Assembly: GCA_009914755.4 (NCBI GenBank)
Contig: CP086569.2
Location: 3,488,001-3,552,000 of the forward strand
Reading direction: 5' to 3'
DNA length: 64,000 bases
Source of the DNA: the human T2T-CHM13v2.0 reference genome, Homo sapiens
In this document: piece by piece, positions 1 through 12,274 of the stretch
How positions within the stretch are numbered: the stretch's first letter is position 1
Layout: every line of letters begins with the position of its first letter
Notes under the pieces: model-generated
What the model was told of the DNA's origin: nothing
The model's input: only the letters and a program-made list of their open reading frames with translations
Database searches by the model: none
Position numbers and translations under genes: made by a program

Positions 1-775
1 CAGCACCAGCCTAGAGTGTGGCAGACCCATTAGGCAGCTAGGCCCAGAAGAGCAACAACATTCACATTCTGGCTCTCAGGGACTCCTACTACTAGGGCAA
101 GGGGTAGTACGTCACGTAAAGGGAACACTACGGCACAAAAGTATCTGGATAGCAGGCCTTCAGTCCCAGATTTTTCCACTTGTGGAATGTTTTTTTCAGC
201 AGAGGCACAGTTGCAGTAATGGGCTCAGCAGGGAAAGTCTGCAGTTCTACTCCAACAGTCAGGAAGCCCTGGTGCTCATGAAGCATCTTGGAGAAGAGGA
301 AATATTTCCCCCCTTTTCCACCACTGAAGACATAGCTGGGGCTTTTCTCTCAGGAGAGTGGCATGGGTGCACATATAGACAGCTTTTCTGAAACACTTCA
401 GGGTGATCCACATAGGAGGGGCACCCTCCAGGTGCAAGCTTGCAGGAGATGTACAGTCACCATTCGTCTCTACTTGGAGCATCAACATTCCTGCATAATA
501 AAAGAGATGCCTGTCTGATCTGAATACCCAGAACACTGGGTCAAGAGTATGTGTGGGAGGTGGATTGCTTTCCTGCTGTCCTGGCAGGGGAGTTGAGATG
601 GCTCCAGTCCTTTCCTCTGACAAGAACTCAGTGTGACTCACTGAGAGCTCCCCCAGCCATCTCTGTCAAGGCTAGGACCCCTGCCCACCATTGGGTATTG
701 CATTCACCAACCTGCTTTAGTCATAGACAGTTTTTAGCTAAGGACGCCTCCCATACAGGCCAGAAACCTGAGTGA

Positions 776-806
776 TTCAACCCAGTAAATAAAATACTGG
801 GAAAAA

Positions 807-853
<47 letters not shown>

Positions 854-972
854 AGCGACAGCATTCACTGTAGTCTGGCTCAGTAAATAAATTACTTGGG
901 AATATTCAACCCAGTAAATAAAATATTCAACCTAGTAAATAAAATAGTGGGGAAAAATAAATAAATAAAAGT
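776..972. repeat. Low-complexity block: (AAAT)n microsatellite at about 804-854, flanked by 3-4 copies of a ~22-bp motif TTCAACCCAGTAAATAAAATA
   Basis: Direct reading: taaa/aaat repeated about 12 times at 804-854; the motif ttcaacccagtaaataaaata recurs at 776-797, 905-925 and 926-947. Confidence 0.85.
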
Positions 973-974
973 GC

Positions 975-2355
975 AAACCATAGGGAATGAGTTTCAAGAG
1001 ATCTCTGCCATTCCAACTCTATAGGAGACTGAACTTCTCACACATCAAGCATGTTTCCACTACAACCAGCATCTGAGAAAGCAATCATATAAAGACTCTC
1101 TGTAACCATGGAACTCATATAAAACCATCATCCTGAAAGCATTAAGAGCTTAATTATACTACAATAAACTATAAACATTAAAGTCATATGCTTAAGGGGA
1201 AAAAGGGCAATTTTGAAATAAACACAGTGAAATAAGAAATAAAATTAAGAAAAAATAGAAGAAATATTCTACCCAAATCAGAAGGAACCAGAAAAGTAAT
1301 TCTGGTAATATGACAAAAGAGGATTCTATAACACCCTCCAAAAATCACACTAGCCCTCTGGCAATGGATTCAAATCAAGATGAAATATTTGAAATACCAG
1401 ATAAAGAATCCCCAAAGGTTGATTATTAAGCTACTCAACAAGACACCATAGAAAGGTAAAAACCAACATAAAGAAAGTAAAACAAGCAAACAAAAAATAA
1501 TTCAGGCGTGAATAACAAGATTTCTAAAGAGAATGATATCTTAAGGAATATCAATCAGAAGTTCTGGAAATGTAAGACATATTCAGGGAATTAAAAAATA
1601 CAGTGGAAAGAAGTTTCAACAATAGACTAGAACAAGTAGAAGAATGACTTTCAGAGCTTGAAGACAAGGCTTACAAATTAATGCAATCAGAGAAAAACAA
1701 AAGAAATAAGAATCAAAGGAAATAAACAAAGTCTCCATAATTACAGAATCATCTAAAATGACCAAACCAAAGAATAATTGGTGTTCCTAAGGGAGAAGGG
1801 AAAGCTAAAAGTGTGAAAAACATTTTTGAGGTAATAATTGAGAAACTCTTCCATGGCCTTGCTGGAGACTGATATTCAAACAGAAGAAGCTCAAAGAACT
1901 CCTGGGAGATTTATTGCAAAAAGTCATCACCAAGGCATATATTCATTAAGCTATCTAAAATCAATATGAAAGAAAGAACTCCAAGAGCAGTAAAACAAAA
2001 GCATCAGGTAACCTATAAAGGAAAACCCATCATACTAACAGGAGACTTCTCAACAGAAACTTTATAAGCCAGAAGGAAATAGGGTCCTATCTTTAGCTTC
2101 CTTAAACAGAATAACTGTCAGCCAATAATCTTGTATCCAGCAAAACAAAGTTTCTTAAATGAAGGAGAAATAAAATCATTTCCAGTCAAACAAATGCTGA
2201 GGAAATTTGTTACTATCAGGCCAGTTGTACAAGAAATGTTAAAAGAAGTCCAAAACCTTGAAACAAAACTTGATATGTACCAAAATAAAACCTCTTGAAA
2301 GCATAAAACTGAAAAAGCCTATAAAACAATAACAAAACAACAAAAAGCCAAGTAT
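975..2355 (+). mobile_element. Host L1 (L1M/L1PB-like LINE-1), segment A: short 5'UTR plus ORF1 region. The element continues at 4601, 11383 and 14629
   Basis: Sequence from 1309 (atgacaaaagaggattc...) matches the L1 ORF1 architecture I know: ...KLLNKTP.KGKNQHKES..., coiled-coil region, IIGVPEGE-like motif (ataattggtgttcctaagggagaaggg at about 1770) and C-terminal ...FISEGEIKSF.SKQMLRKFV-like stretch at about 2150-2230. Heavily stop-disrupted. Confidence 0.85.
1309..2330 (+). pseudogene. Decayed L1 ORF1 (RNA-binding protein) of the host L1
   Basis: ATG at 1309 in the position of L1M ORF1 start; conserved ORF1 motifs downstream; multiple stops and frameshifts. Confidence 0.7.
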
Positions 2356-2360
2356 CTAGG

Positions 2361-4595
2361 TGATTAGTCTGATTTCATACTGCTATAAAGAACTGCCCAA
2401 GACTGGGCAATTTATAAGGGAGAGAAATTTAATTGACTCACAGTTCAGCACAGCTGGGGAAGCCATGGTAAATTTACAATCATGGCGAAGTTGAAGAGGG
2501 AGCAAGGCACCATCTTCACAAGGTGGTAGGAAGAAGTGCTGAGTGAAGGGGGAAGGGCCCCTTATAAAACCATCAGATCTCATGGGAACTCACTATCATG
2601 AGAACAGCATGAGGGAAACTGCCCCAATGAGCAGTTACTTCCACCTGGTCTCTACCTTGACATTTGGGGATTATGGGGATTATAATTCAAATGAGATTTG
2701 GGTGGGGACACAAAGCCTAACCATATAATTCTGCCCCTGGCCCCTCCCAAATCTCATGCCCTTTCATGTTTCAAAACCAATCATGCCTTCCCAAAGTCTT
2801 CATTAATTCCAGTATTAACACAAAAGTCCAAGACCAAAGTCTCATCTAAGATAAGGCAAGTCTCTTCTGTCTATGAGCCTGTAAAATCAAAAGAAAGTTA
2901 GTGACTTCCTAGTCACTAGGAAGTCTAAGTGGTACAGGCATTGGATAAATGCAGTCATTCCAAATGGGAGAAATTGGCCAAAACAAAGGGGCTACAGGCC
3001 CCATGGACCAAAATCCAGCAGGGGAGTCAAATATTAAAGCTCTGAAATGATCTTCTTTGACTCCATGTCTCATATCCAGGTTACACTGATGCAAGAAGTG
3101 GGCTCCTACCATCTTGGGCAGCCCTGACCCTGTGGCTTTGCAGAGTACAGCCCCCATCCCTGCTTCTCTTATGGGCTGGCATTGAGTGTCTGTGGCTTTT
3201 CCAGGCACATGGTGCAAGCTGTTGGTAGATCTACCATTCTGGGGTCTAGAGGATGGTGGCCCTCTTCTCACAGCTCCACTAAGCAGTGCCCTAGAGGGGA
3301 CTCTGTGTGTGGGCTCTGGCCCCACATTTCCCTTCTACAATGCACTAGCAGAGTTTCTGCATGAGGACTCCACCTCTGCACCAGACTTCTTCCTGGACAT
3401 CCAGGCATTTCCATACACACTCTGAAATCTAGGCAGTGGTTCCCTAACCTCATTTCTTGACCTCTGCACACCCACAGGTCCAACACCATGTGAAAGCTCT
3501 CAAGGCTTGGGGCTTTCACCCTCTGAAGCAACAACCTGAGCTGTACTTTGGCTCCTTTTAGCCACAGCTGAAGTGGCTGGGACACAGGGCACCAATTCCC
3601 AAAGCTGCGCACAACATGGGGACCCTGGACCTGACCCAGAATGCCATTTTTTCCTTCTAGATCTCTGGGCCTGTGATGGGAGGGGCTGCAATGAAGGTGT
3701 CTCACATGTCCTGGAGACATTTTCCCATCGTCTTGGTGATTAACACTTGGCTCCTTTTTACGTATGCATATTTATGTGCCAGGCCTGAATTTCTTCCCAG
3801 AAAATGTGTTTTGTTTTTGACTGCATTGTCAGGCTGCAAATTTTTCAATCTTTTATGCTCTGCTTCCCTTTTAAACATAAGTTCCTATTTCAGATTATTT
3901 CTATCAAGTTCAAAGCTCCACAGATAGCAAGGCCTGGAGCAAAATGCCACCAGTCTCTTTGCTAAAGCACAGCAAGAGTTACCTCTTCTTCACCCAAAAC
4001 CACCTCAGTCTGGACTTCGTTACTCATATCACTATCAGCATTCTGGTCAAAACCATTCAACAAGACTCTAGGAAGTTCCAAACCTTCCACATCTTCCTGT
4101 CTTTTTTTAAGCCCTCCAAGCTGTTCCATTCTCTGTCTGTTACTCAGTTCCAAAGTTGCTTCCACATTTTTGTGTATTTCTATAGCAGCACCCTACTCCC
4201 TGTAGTATCAATTTATTGTATTTGTCCATGTTAATACTGCTATAAACAACTGCCTGCGACTGGGTAATTTATAAAGAAAATAGATTTAATTGACCACTGT
4301 TCATCTTGGCTGGAGAGGATTCAGAAAACTTACAATCAAGACAAAAAGAAAAGAGGAAGCAAGACACCTTTTTTTACGAGGCAAAAGAAAGGAGAAGTGT
4401 AGAGAAAAAAGAGAAGAGCCCCTTAGAAAACCATCAGATCTCCATGAGCACTCACTAGGTATTACAAGAACAGAATGGGGGAAGCTGCCCCATGATTCAA
4501 TTACCTCCACCTTGCATCTCCCCTGACATTTGGGGATTATGTGGATTATAACTCAAGATGAGATATGTGTGGGAACACAAAACCTAACCATATCA
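2361..4595 (-). mobile_element. Complete THE1-type MaLR (ERVL-MaLR) non-autonomous LTR retrotransposon, copy 1: LTR 2361-2728, internal 2729-4216, LTR 4217-4595. Perfect 5-bp TSD CTAGG at 2356-2360 and 4596-4600
   Basis: The plus strand reads TGATTAGTCT...CCATATAA and TGTATTTGTCC...CCATATCA, which is the reverse complement of the THE1 LTR consensus (TGATATGGTTTGGCTGTGTCCCCACCCAAATCTCATCTTGAATTGTA...GACTAATACA). Internal begins ctgcccctggcccctcccaaatctcatg, a purine-rich tract in element orientation. Identical CTAGG directly flanks both ends. The element splits the host L1 between ORF1 and ORF2. Confidence 0.85.
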
Positions 4596-4600
4596 CTAGG

Positions 4601-4958
4601 TAATAATTAATATAATGTATATGACAATTGCTCCACTTAAATAATATAGATTGGCAGAATGGATAAAAGAAACAAAATCAAATATCTGCTGTCTTCAAGA
4701 TACCTAAAATGTAAGAATTCATATAAACTCAAGATAAAGGGGTGGAAGATATTCCATGGAAATAAAAATAAAAACCAAAAACAGGCAGTAGTAGCTATTC
4801 TTGTATCAGATAAAACAGACTTTAAAGCAACAGCAATAATAAAAGACAAAGGGGGTCATTATATAATGATAAAAGGATCATTCCAACAAGAAGACATTAT
4901 AATTCTAATTATATATATACCTAACATTGAAGAACCCAGATTCATAAAACAATTACTA
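4601..4958 (+). mobile_element. Host L1 segment B: start of ORF2 endonuclease domain
   Basis: The track ORF 4659-4982 translates ...AVVAILVSDKTDFKATAIIKDKGGHYIMIKGSFQQEDIIILIIYIPNIEEPRFIKQLL, the conserved L1 ORF2 EN-domain stretch (compare L1HS ...GVAILVSDKTDFKPTKIKRDKEGHYIMVKGSIQQEELTILNIYAPNTGAPRFIKQVL). Confidence 0.9.
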
Positions 4959-6397
4959 GGGAAGAGCAAGATGGCTGACTAGATGCACACAAGTGGAACA
5001 GCTCCCATGGAGGGACTGAGACTGCTGGCATGCTTTTAAAAGATATTTAGAGGGAAGGTGCTGAGAGTGGGCAGAGAAAAGACACAGAAGCTAGGCTGAA
5101 GGGGAAGAAAACTGGGAACCCCTCATTGGTTACTGTGCACAGAGACTCATTTTTTAACCACAACAACTCCAGCAGAATGGAGGAGTTTACCTGGCAAGGA
5201 GCAACCCACTCTCAAAACAGAACTTTGGGACCCCAAAAGAAGGGGACCCATTGACCACAGCAGACACTTAAGGTGGCAGGGAAGGCTGCTCATGTAAGTG
5301 GTGGGGCAGCAAGCTAGATGATGTGAAGCCTATAGGGTTTGGTGTGGTAGCATCTCTAGTGGAGCATGATCAGAGATGGCCATTGCTCTAGGCTTGTCTT
5401 GCTCCCATAAGAGATGTTAGTCCTAGGGGAACTGTCAGACCTTGTCTTTGCAGGGCAGTCTTGCACTAAGATGGGGCTGGCCCAATCTGAGCACTCCTTG
5501 GTCTGCTGGCCTCTCCCAGGGCCACGGCCTGGCCATGCCTGCTTAACAGGGAAGTCTTGGGTGACCTGGGGGCACACACCATAGCTTCTACAACAGTGGA
5601 TTGTGCCTGATCAATAGAGAGCTCCAGCGAGGTGGCTTCTACATCCATGAACGAGCCCACATGTTCCCTCCTGATACTGCAGCTTCCCCAAAGCCCACAG
5701 CATCTCCCCACAGGTGTGTGTCTATATGGGAAGGTTTTGCTTTACTTGTCTTTCCAGCACGCAGAAGTGTAGTCCACCACCAGCACCCCCGCAACTAATC
5801 ACCATCGCAGATACAGCCTTGGTGGGCACAGAGCCAGCAAACCCAGCCCCTGAATGTACCACACCCTTGTGCTAAAACTGCACAGAGAACAGTGGACCTT
5901 TTTACAACCTGAGTAATCACAACTGCTTGCAGGTCACAGAAAGGACACCCAGACCAGTGCCAGCCAGCACTCCAACCCAAACCAACACCACCTTCAGTGC
6001 AATGGTGCACACAGTCTCCAACAGGAGCCCCCTGCATCCCCCAGAGTTTTCTTGCATCTGCCACTGTGGTGAATGCCTGCAGGGAGGCAGGCACACCTGC
6101 ATTTACTAGCACTCTACTGCAGGTGCTTCCACTCTCCGCACCTTCTGGTGCAGTGGACTCCATAACTCAAGGAGACAGAGAACAATGTCTGGAACTGATA
6201 CAAGTCCCCCACTTCGAGCACGAAGTCCAGGAGTTGAGAGCTGATCCTTGGTCCCCCTAAAACCTCCAGGAAATGAACCCAGCTAGCTGAATCCACCTTA
6301 TGACACAATCAAACCCTCAAGGTCATCAAATAGCATAAAAGAGAAAAAATTCATAGGTTAGCAATCTCAAAGATAGAAGGTAAATAAACCCACAAAC

Positions 6398-7360
6398 ATG
6401 AGAAAGAAAAGTGTAAGAAAGTTGGAAACTCAAAAAGTTAGAGTGCCCTCTTTCTTGCAAATGACTGCATCATCTCTCTAGCAAGGGTTCAGAACTGGGC
6501 TGAGGCTGAGATGGCTGGAATGATACCCAATACAAGGAGCTAAAAACCATAATAAAACAATGCAAGATCTGACAGACAAAATAGCCAGTCTAGAGAAGAA
6601 AATAACTGACCTGATAGAGCCAAAAAACACACTACAAGAATTTCTTAATGCAATCACAAGAATTAATAGCAGAATAGACCAAGCAGAGGAAAGAATCTCT
6701 GAGTTCAAAGACTGGATTTCTGAAATAAGATCGGCAAACAAGAATAGGGAAAAAATAAATAAAAAGAAAGAACAAGACCTCCAAGGAATATAGAATTATG
6801 TAAAAAGAAAATAATCTGTAACTGATTGGTGTCCCAGAAAAAGATGGGGAAAATGGAACCAACTTGGAAAACATAGTCAGGATATCATCCATGAGGACTT
6901 TCCAAAACTCGCTAGAAAGGCCAACATTCAAATTCAGGAAATGCAGAGAACCCAAGTAAGATACTTCACAAAAAGATCATCCTCAAGACACATAATCATT
7001 AGATTCCCCAAGGGTGAAATTAAAGAAAAAATGTTAAAGACAGCTAGAAATAATAGTTAGGTCACCTACACAGGAAGCTCATCAGACTAACAGCAGACCT
7101 CGCAGCTGAAACACTGGAAGCCAGAAGAGATTGGGGGACAGTATTCAACATTCCAACCCAGAATTTCATGTTTGGCTGAACAAAGCTTCATAAACAAAGG
7201 AGAAATAAAATCCTTTTCGAACAAGCAAATGCTGAGGAAATTTGGTGCCCCCAGACTGACTTTACAACAGCTTTTGAAGGAACCACTAAATATGGGGAGG
7301 AAAGACCATTATCAGTCATTAAAAAAACACACTGAAGTACACAGACCATTGACACTATAA
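6398..7360 (+). pseudogene. Decayed ORF1 of the full-length L1P
   Basis: The track ORF 6560-6793 has the L1 ORF1 coiled-coil motifs (...INSRIDQAEERISEFKD...). Downstream frames show ...NIQIQEMQRT...RHIIIRFPKGEIKEKMLKTAR...FINKGEIKSFSNKQMLRKF, interrupted by stops. Confidence 0.8.
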
Positions 7361-7394
7361 AGCAACCATATAAACAAGTCTGCAATATAACCAG

Positions 7395-10300
7395 TTAACA
7401 TCATTATGACAGGATCAAATCAACACATATAAATACTAACTTTAAATGTAGATGGAATAAATGCTCCAATTAAAAGACTCAGAATGGCAATCCGGATAAA
7501 GAACCAAGACCCATTGGTACAATTTCTTCAAGAGACCCATCTCACATGCACTGACACAGAGAGGCTCAAAATAAAGGAATAAAGAAAAATCTACCAAGCA
7601 AATGGAAAACAGAAAAAAAGCATAATTTGTAATCCTAGTTTCTGACAAAATAGATTTTATATCAACAAAAATAAAAAAAGACAAGGGAATTGCATAGTGA
7701 CAAAGGGTTAAATTCAACAAGAAGAGTTAACTATTCTAAATATGTATGGACTGAAACACAGGAACACTCAGATTCATAAAGCAATTTATTAGAGACCTAC
7801 AAAGAGACTTAGACTCTCACACAGTAATAGTGGGAGACTTTAACAACCCAGTGACAATATTAAACAGATAATCAAGACAGAATATTAATAAAGATATTCA
7901 GAACCTAAACTAGATCAAATGAACCTTATAGGTAACTATGAAACTTTCCACCTAAAAACAACAGAATATAAAATCTTCTCATTGCCACATAGAACATACT
8001 CTACAATCTATCATATAATTGGAGTTAAAACACTCCTCAGCAAATATAAAAGAGCTATAATCCTAACAAACAGTCTTTTAGACCACAGCACCATTAAATC
8101 AGAAATCAAGACTAAGAAATTTACTCAAATCCCTACAATTACATGGAAATTGAATAACCTGCTCCTAAATAACTTTTAGATAAATAATAAAATTAAGGCA
8201 GAAATCTTTGAAATGATGAAGACCAAGCTACACCATACCAAAATCTCTGGGACAAAGCAAATGCAGTGGTGAGAGGGAAATTTATAGTGTTAAATCTCCA
8301 CATCAAAAAGTTAGAACGATTTCACATTAACAACCTAACATCACAATTAAAAGAGCTAGAGAGCCAAGAGCAAACAAATCTCAATGCTAGTGGAAGACAA
8401 GAAATAACTGAAATCAGAGCTGAACTGAAAGAGCCAGAGACACACAGAAATTCCAAAGATCAATGAATCCACGTGCTGTTTTTTTTAAATAAAATATATA
8501 GACTGCTAGTTAGAGTAATAAAGAACAAAAAAGAGAGAAGATTCAAATAAACACAATCAGAAATAACAAGGGACATATTACCACTGACCTCACAGAAATA
8601 CAACCATCAAAGAATATTATGAAGACCTCTATATGCATAAACTAGAAAATACAGACAAAATAGATGAATTACTGGATGTATACACCCTCCCAGGAATGAA
8701 CCAGTAAGAAAATGAATTCCTGAGAAGACCAATAACAAGCTCTAAAATTGAGTCAGTAATAAATAGCCTCCCAACCAAAGAAAAGCCCAGGACCAGATGA
8801 ATTCACAGCCGAAATTTGCCAGAAGTATAAAGAAGAGCTGATACCATTATGGCTGTAAATATTCCAAAACTATGAGGAGAAGGGACTCCTCTCTAAGTCA
8901 TTCCATGAAGCCAGCATTATTCTGATATCAAAACCTGGCAGAGATACAACCAAAAAGAAAACTTCAGGCTAATATCCTTGATGAATATAGATACAATAAT
9001 TCTCAACAAAATACTAGCAAACTGAAACGATCAACACATCAAGATGCTTATTCACCACAATCAAGTAGGCTTTATCCCTGGGATTGAAGATTTATTCAAC
9101 ATATGCCAATCAATTTATGTGATTTAGCACATAAACAGAACTAAATACAAAAAACACATGATTATTTCCCTAGATGCCAAAAAGGCTTTCAACAAAATTC
9201 AACATTGATTTATGTTAAAAACTTACAATGAAGTAGTTATGGAAGAAACATACCTAAAAATTGTAAGAGCCATGTATGACAAACCCATAGCTAATATCAT
9301 ACTGAATGGGCAAAAACTTCAAGCATTTCCCTTGAAAACAGGCACAAGACAAGGATGCCCTCTCATCACTCCTATTAAACATGGTATTGGAAAGGCTTAC
9401 TCAGGGCAATCAGGCAAATGAAAGAAACTATCCCTGTTTGCAGATGACATAATCCTATATGTAGAAAACCCCATAGACTCAGCCCAAAAGCTTCTTAAGC
9501 TGATAAACAACTTCAGCAAAGTCACAAGATACAAAATTACTGTGCAAAAATTACTAGCATTCCTATACATTAACAACAGTCAAGTCAAGATCCAAATCAG
9601 GAATCTACTCCCATTTACGATTGTTACAAAGAGAATAAAACACCTAGGAATACAACTAATTTGGGGGGTGAAAGATCTCTACAAGTAGAACTATAAAACA
9701 CAGCTCCTTGAAGTCAGAGATGCTACAAATAAATGGAAAAACATTCCATGCTTATGAATAGGAAGAATCAATATTGTAAAAATGAACATACGGCCCAAAG
9801 CAATGTATAAATTCAACAATATTCCTATCAAACAACTCATGACATTCTTCTCAGAACTAGAAAACACCATTTAAAAATTCATATAGAACTACAAAAAAGC
9901 CAGAATAGCCAAGGTAATCCTAAACAAACCAACAAAAAATCCCCAAAAAACAAAAAACAAAGCTGGAGGCATCACGCTACCCAACTTCAAACTATACTAC
10001 AGGGCTACAGTAACCTAAACAACATGGGACTGGTACAAAAACAGAAACACAGACCAATGGAACAGAATAAAGAACCTGGAAATAATATTGCACACTTACA
10101 ACTATGTGATCTTTGACAAACCTAACAAAAACGAGCAATGGGAAAGGGATTCTGTATTCAATAAATGGTGCTGGGATAACTGGCTAGCCATATGCAGAAG
10201 ATTAAAACTGGACCCCTTCCTTACACCATATACAAAAATTAACTCAAAATGGATTAAATACTTAAATGAAAAACCCAAATCTATAAAAATCCTGGAAGAT

Positions 10301-11190
10301 AACTTAGGCAGTACCATTCAAAACATGGGCACAGGTAAAGATTTTACAACGAAGTCTTCAAAAGCAATTGCAAGAAAAGCAAAAATTGACAAATGGGATC
10401 TGATTAAACTAAAGAGCTTCTGCACAGCAAAATAAACCATCAGCAGAGTAAGCAGACAACCTACAGAAAGGTAGAAAATTTTTGCAAACTATGCATCTCA
10501 CAAAGGTCTAATATCCAGCATCTATAAGGAAGTTAAACAAATTTACAAAGAAAAACCTCATTAAAATAGTGGGCACAGTACATGAAAGATACTTTGGAAG
10601 AGAAGACATACATGTGGCCAGCAATCACATGAAAAAAAGCTCAACATCACTGATTATTAGTGAAATGCAAATCAAAACCAAAATGAGATAGCATGTCACA
10701 CCAGTCACAATGGCAATTATTAAAAAGTCAAAACATAACAAATGCTGGCATACATATACAGTGTTGTTGGGAGTGTAAATTTGTTCAACCATTGTGGAAG
10801 ACAGTGTGGCAATTCCTCAAAGACCTAAAGACAGAAATACCATTCAACCCAGCAATCTCATTACTGTCTATATACTCAAAGGAGTATAAATCTTTCTATT
10901 ATAAAGACACATGCACACATATGTTCATTGTAGCACTATTCACAGTAGCAAAGACATGAAATAAACTTAAATGCTCATCAGTAATAAACAGTATAAAAAT
11001 AATGTGGTACATAGACACCATAGAATATTATTCAGCCATAAAAGAATGAGATCATGTCCTTTGCAGGGACATGGATGGAGTTGGAGGCAATTATCCTTAG
11101 GAAACAAATGCAGGAACAGAAGACCAAATGCCACATGTTCTCATTTCGAAGTGAGTGCTAAACTATGACAACATGTGGACACATAGAGGG
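7395..11190 (+). pseudogene. Decayed ORF2 (endonuclease / reverse transcriptase) of the full-length L1P
   Basis: Begins ...atgacaggatcaaatcaacacatataaatactaactttaaatgtagatgg (L1 ORF2 N-terminus MTGSNSHITILTLNINGLNS). Conserved EN, RT (...FIPGI.D.FNI...; ...[15 protein letters not shown] at about 9420) and C-terminal cysteine-rich motifs are present. Many stops. Confidence 0.85.
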
Positions 11191-11382
11191 GAAAAAAAAC
11201 ACAACGGGGTTTTTCAGAGGGTGGAATGTGGAAGGAGGGAGAAGATCAGAAAAATAACTAATGGATACTAGGCTTAATACCTGGGTGATAAAATAATCTG
11301 CACAACAATCCCCTATGACAAAAGTTTACCTATGTAACAAACTAGCACTTGTACCCCGGAATTAAAATAAAAGGTAAAAAAA

Positions 11383-12274
11383 TACTACAAGACCTAAAAA
11401 ATGAGGTAGATAGCAACAAAATAGTAGTGGAAGACTTCAATAATCCACTGGTAGCAGTAGACAGATTGAGACAGTCAACAATAACAACAACAATGACAAC
11501 AACAAAATGTACTTAAAACTACACTCTACAATAAATGAACTTAACAGATGTTTATGGATCATTCTACCTGAGAACTGCAGAGTATACATTCTTCTCACCA
11601 GCACTTGGAGCACTCTTCAATATAATCCATATAATTGACCACAAAACAAGTCTCAATAAATTAAAAACATCAAAATCATATCAAGTATATTTTCAGACCA
11701 CAGTGAAATAAAACTGGAAATCAACTTCAAAAGGAACTCCTCAAACTTTACACATATATGAAAATTAAACAATTTGTTTCTGAATGATTTTTGAGATAAA
11801 AAAATTAAGATGAAAAATTTTTTAAGTCTTTGAAATGAATGATAATAATGATACTGATTACCAAAACCTCTGGGATCCAGCAAAAGCAGTGCTAAGAGGA
11901 AAGTTTGACCACAAATTGACAATCTAGTGTCATGCCTCAAGGAACAAGGCAAGAAAGAACAACCTAACTCAAAGCAAGCGAAGGAAAGGAATAACAAAGA
12001 TCAGAGCAGAAGTAAATGAAATTCAAACAAACATAAAATACAAAAGATCAATGAAACAAAAAGCTATTGTTCCTTGAAAAGATAAACAAAATTGATAGAC
12101 CATTAGCAAAATTAGCTAAGAAAAGAAGAAATTCATATAAACTGAATTATAAGTGAAACTGGGGACATTCCAAATGACACCACAAAAACACAAAATATCA
12201 TTTGAGACTGCTATGAACACTATTATATACACAAACTGGAAAACTTAGAGGAAATGGATAAATTCCTGGAAACG
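11383..12274 (+). mobile_element. Host L1 segment C: ORF2 from the end of EN into early RT
   Basis: Continues the L1 ORF2 coding sequence exactly where segment B stopped (...vvedfnnplvavdrlrqs...kfleT). It ends at the motif gaaatggataaattcctggaaac, which is the L1 LEEMDKFLDTY region. Confidence 0.85.

Larger units (their letters stand above)
4959..11382 (+). mobile_element. Full-length LINE-1 of the L1P type (L1PB/L1MA-like age). It is about 6.4 kb: 5'UTR 4959-6397, ORF1 about 6398-7360, ORF2 about 7395-11190, 3'UTR with A-rich tail to 11382. Flanked by an imperfect ~8-bp TSD AATTACTA / AATACTA
   Basis: Starts GGGAAGAGCAAGATGGCTGACTAG...GGAACAGCTCC, the canonical L1 5' end (compare L1PA GGGGGAGGAGCCAAGATGGCCGAATAGGAACAGCTCC). 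ORF2 translation retains about 75% identity to L1HS in conserved blocks, for example track ORF 10088-10435 [18 protein letters not shown]...[17 protein letters not shown]...[17 protein letters not shown]. The 3' end is ...cctatgtaacaaactagcacttgtacccc then an A-rich tail. It is inserted within the host L1 ORF2 between ...ttcataaaacaattactag and tactacaagacctaaaaaatga, which are contiguous in L1 consensus. Confidence 0.9.

Noticed and set aside
2361-4600. Apparent head-to-tail tandem repeat: a ~370-bp block recurring after ~1.86 kb at 2361 and 4217, and again at 12275 and 14265. I first read this as a satellite or tandem duplication, or as a monomeric L1 5'UTR.
   Set aside because: The repeated block begins TG...and ends ...CA. 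It bounds a conserved ~1.5-1.6-kb internal segment and the whole unit is flanked by a 5-bp duplication. That is the LTR-internal-LTR structure of a THE1/MaLR retrotransposon seen on the reverse strand, not a tandem array.
4659-10435. Track ORFs 4659-4982 (107 aa), 10088-10435 (115 aa), 6560-6793, 8266-8466, 9212-9421 and 16387-16635 as independent genes.
   Set aside because: All are fragments of L1 ORF1/ORF2 reading frames from the host L1 or the inserted L1P. They are interrupted by stops on both sides and are not free-standing genes.
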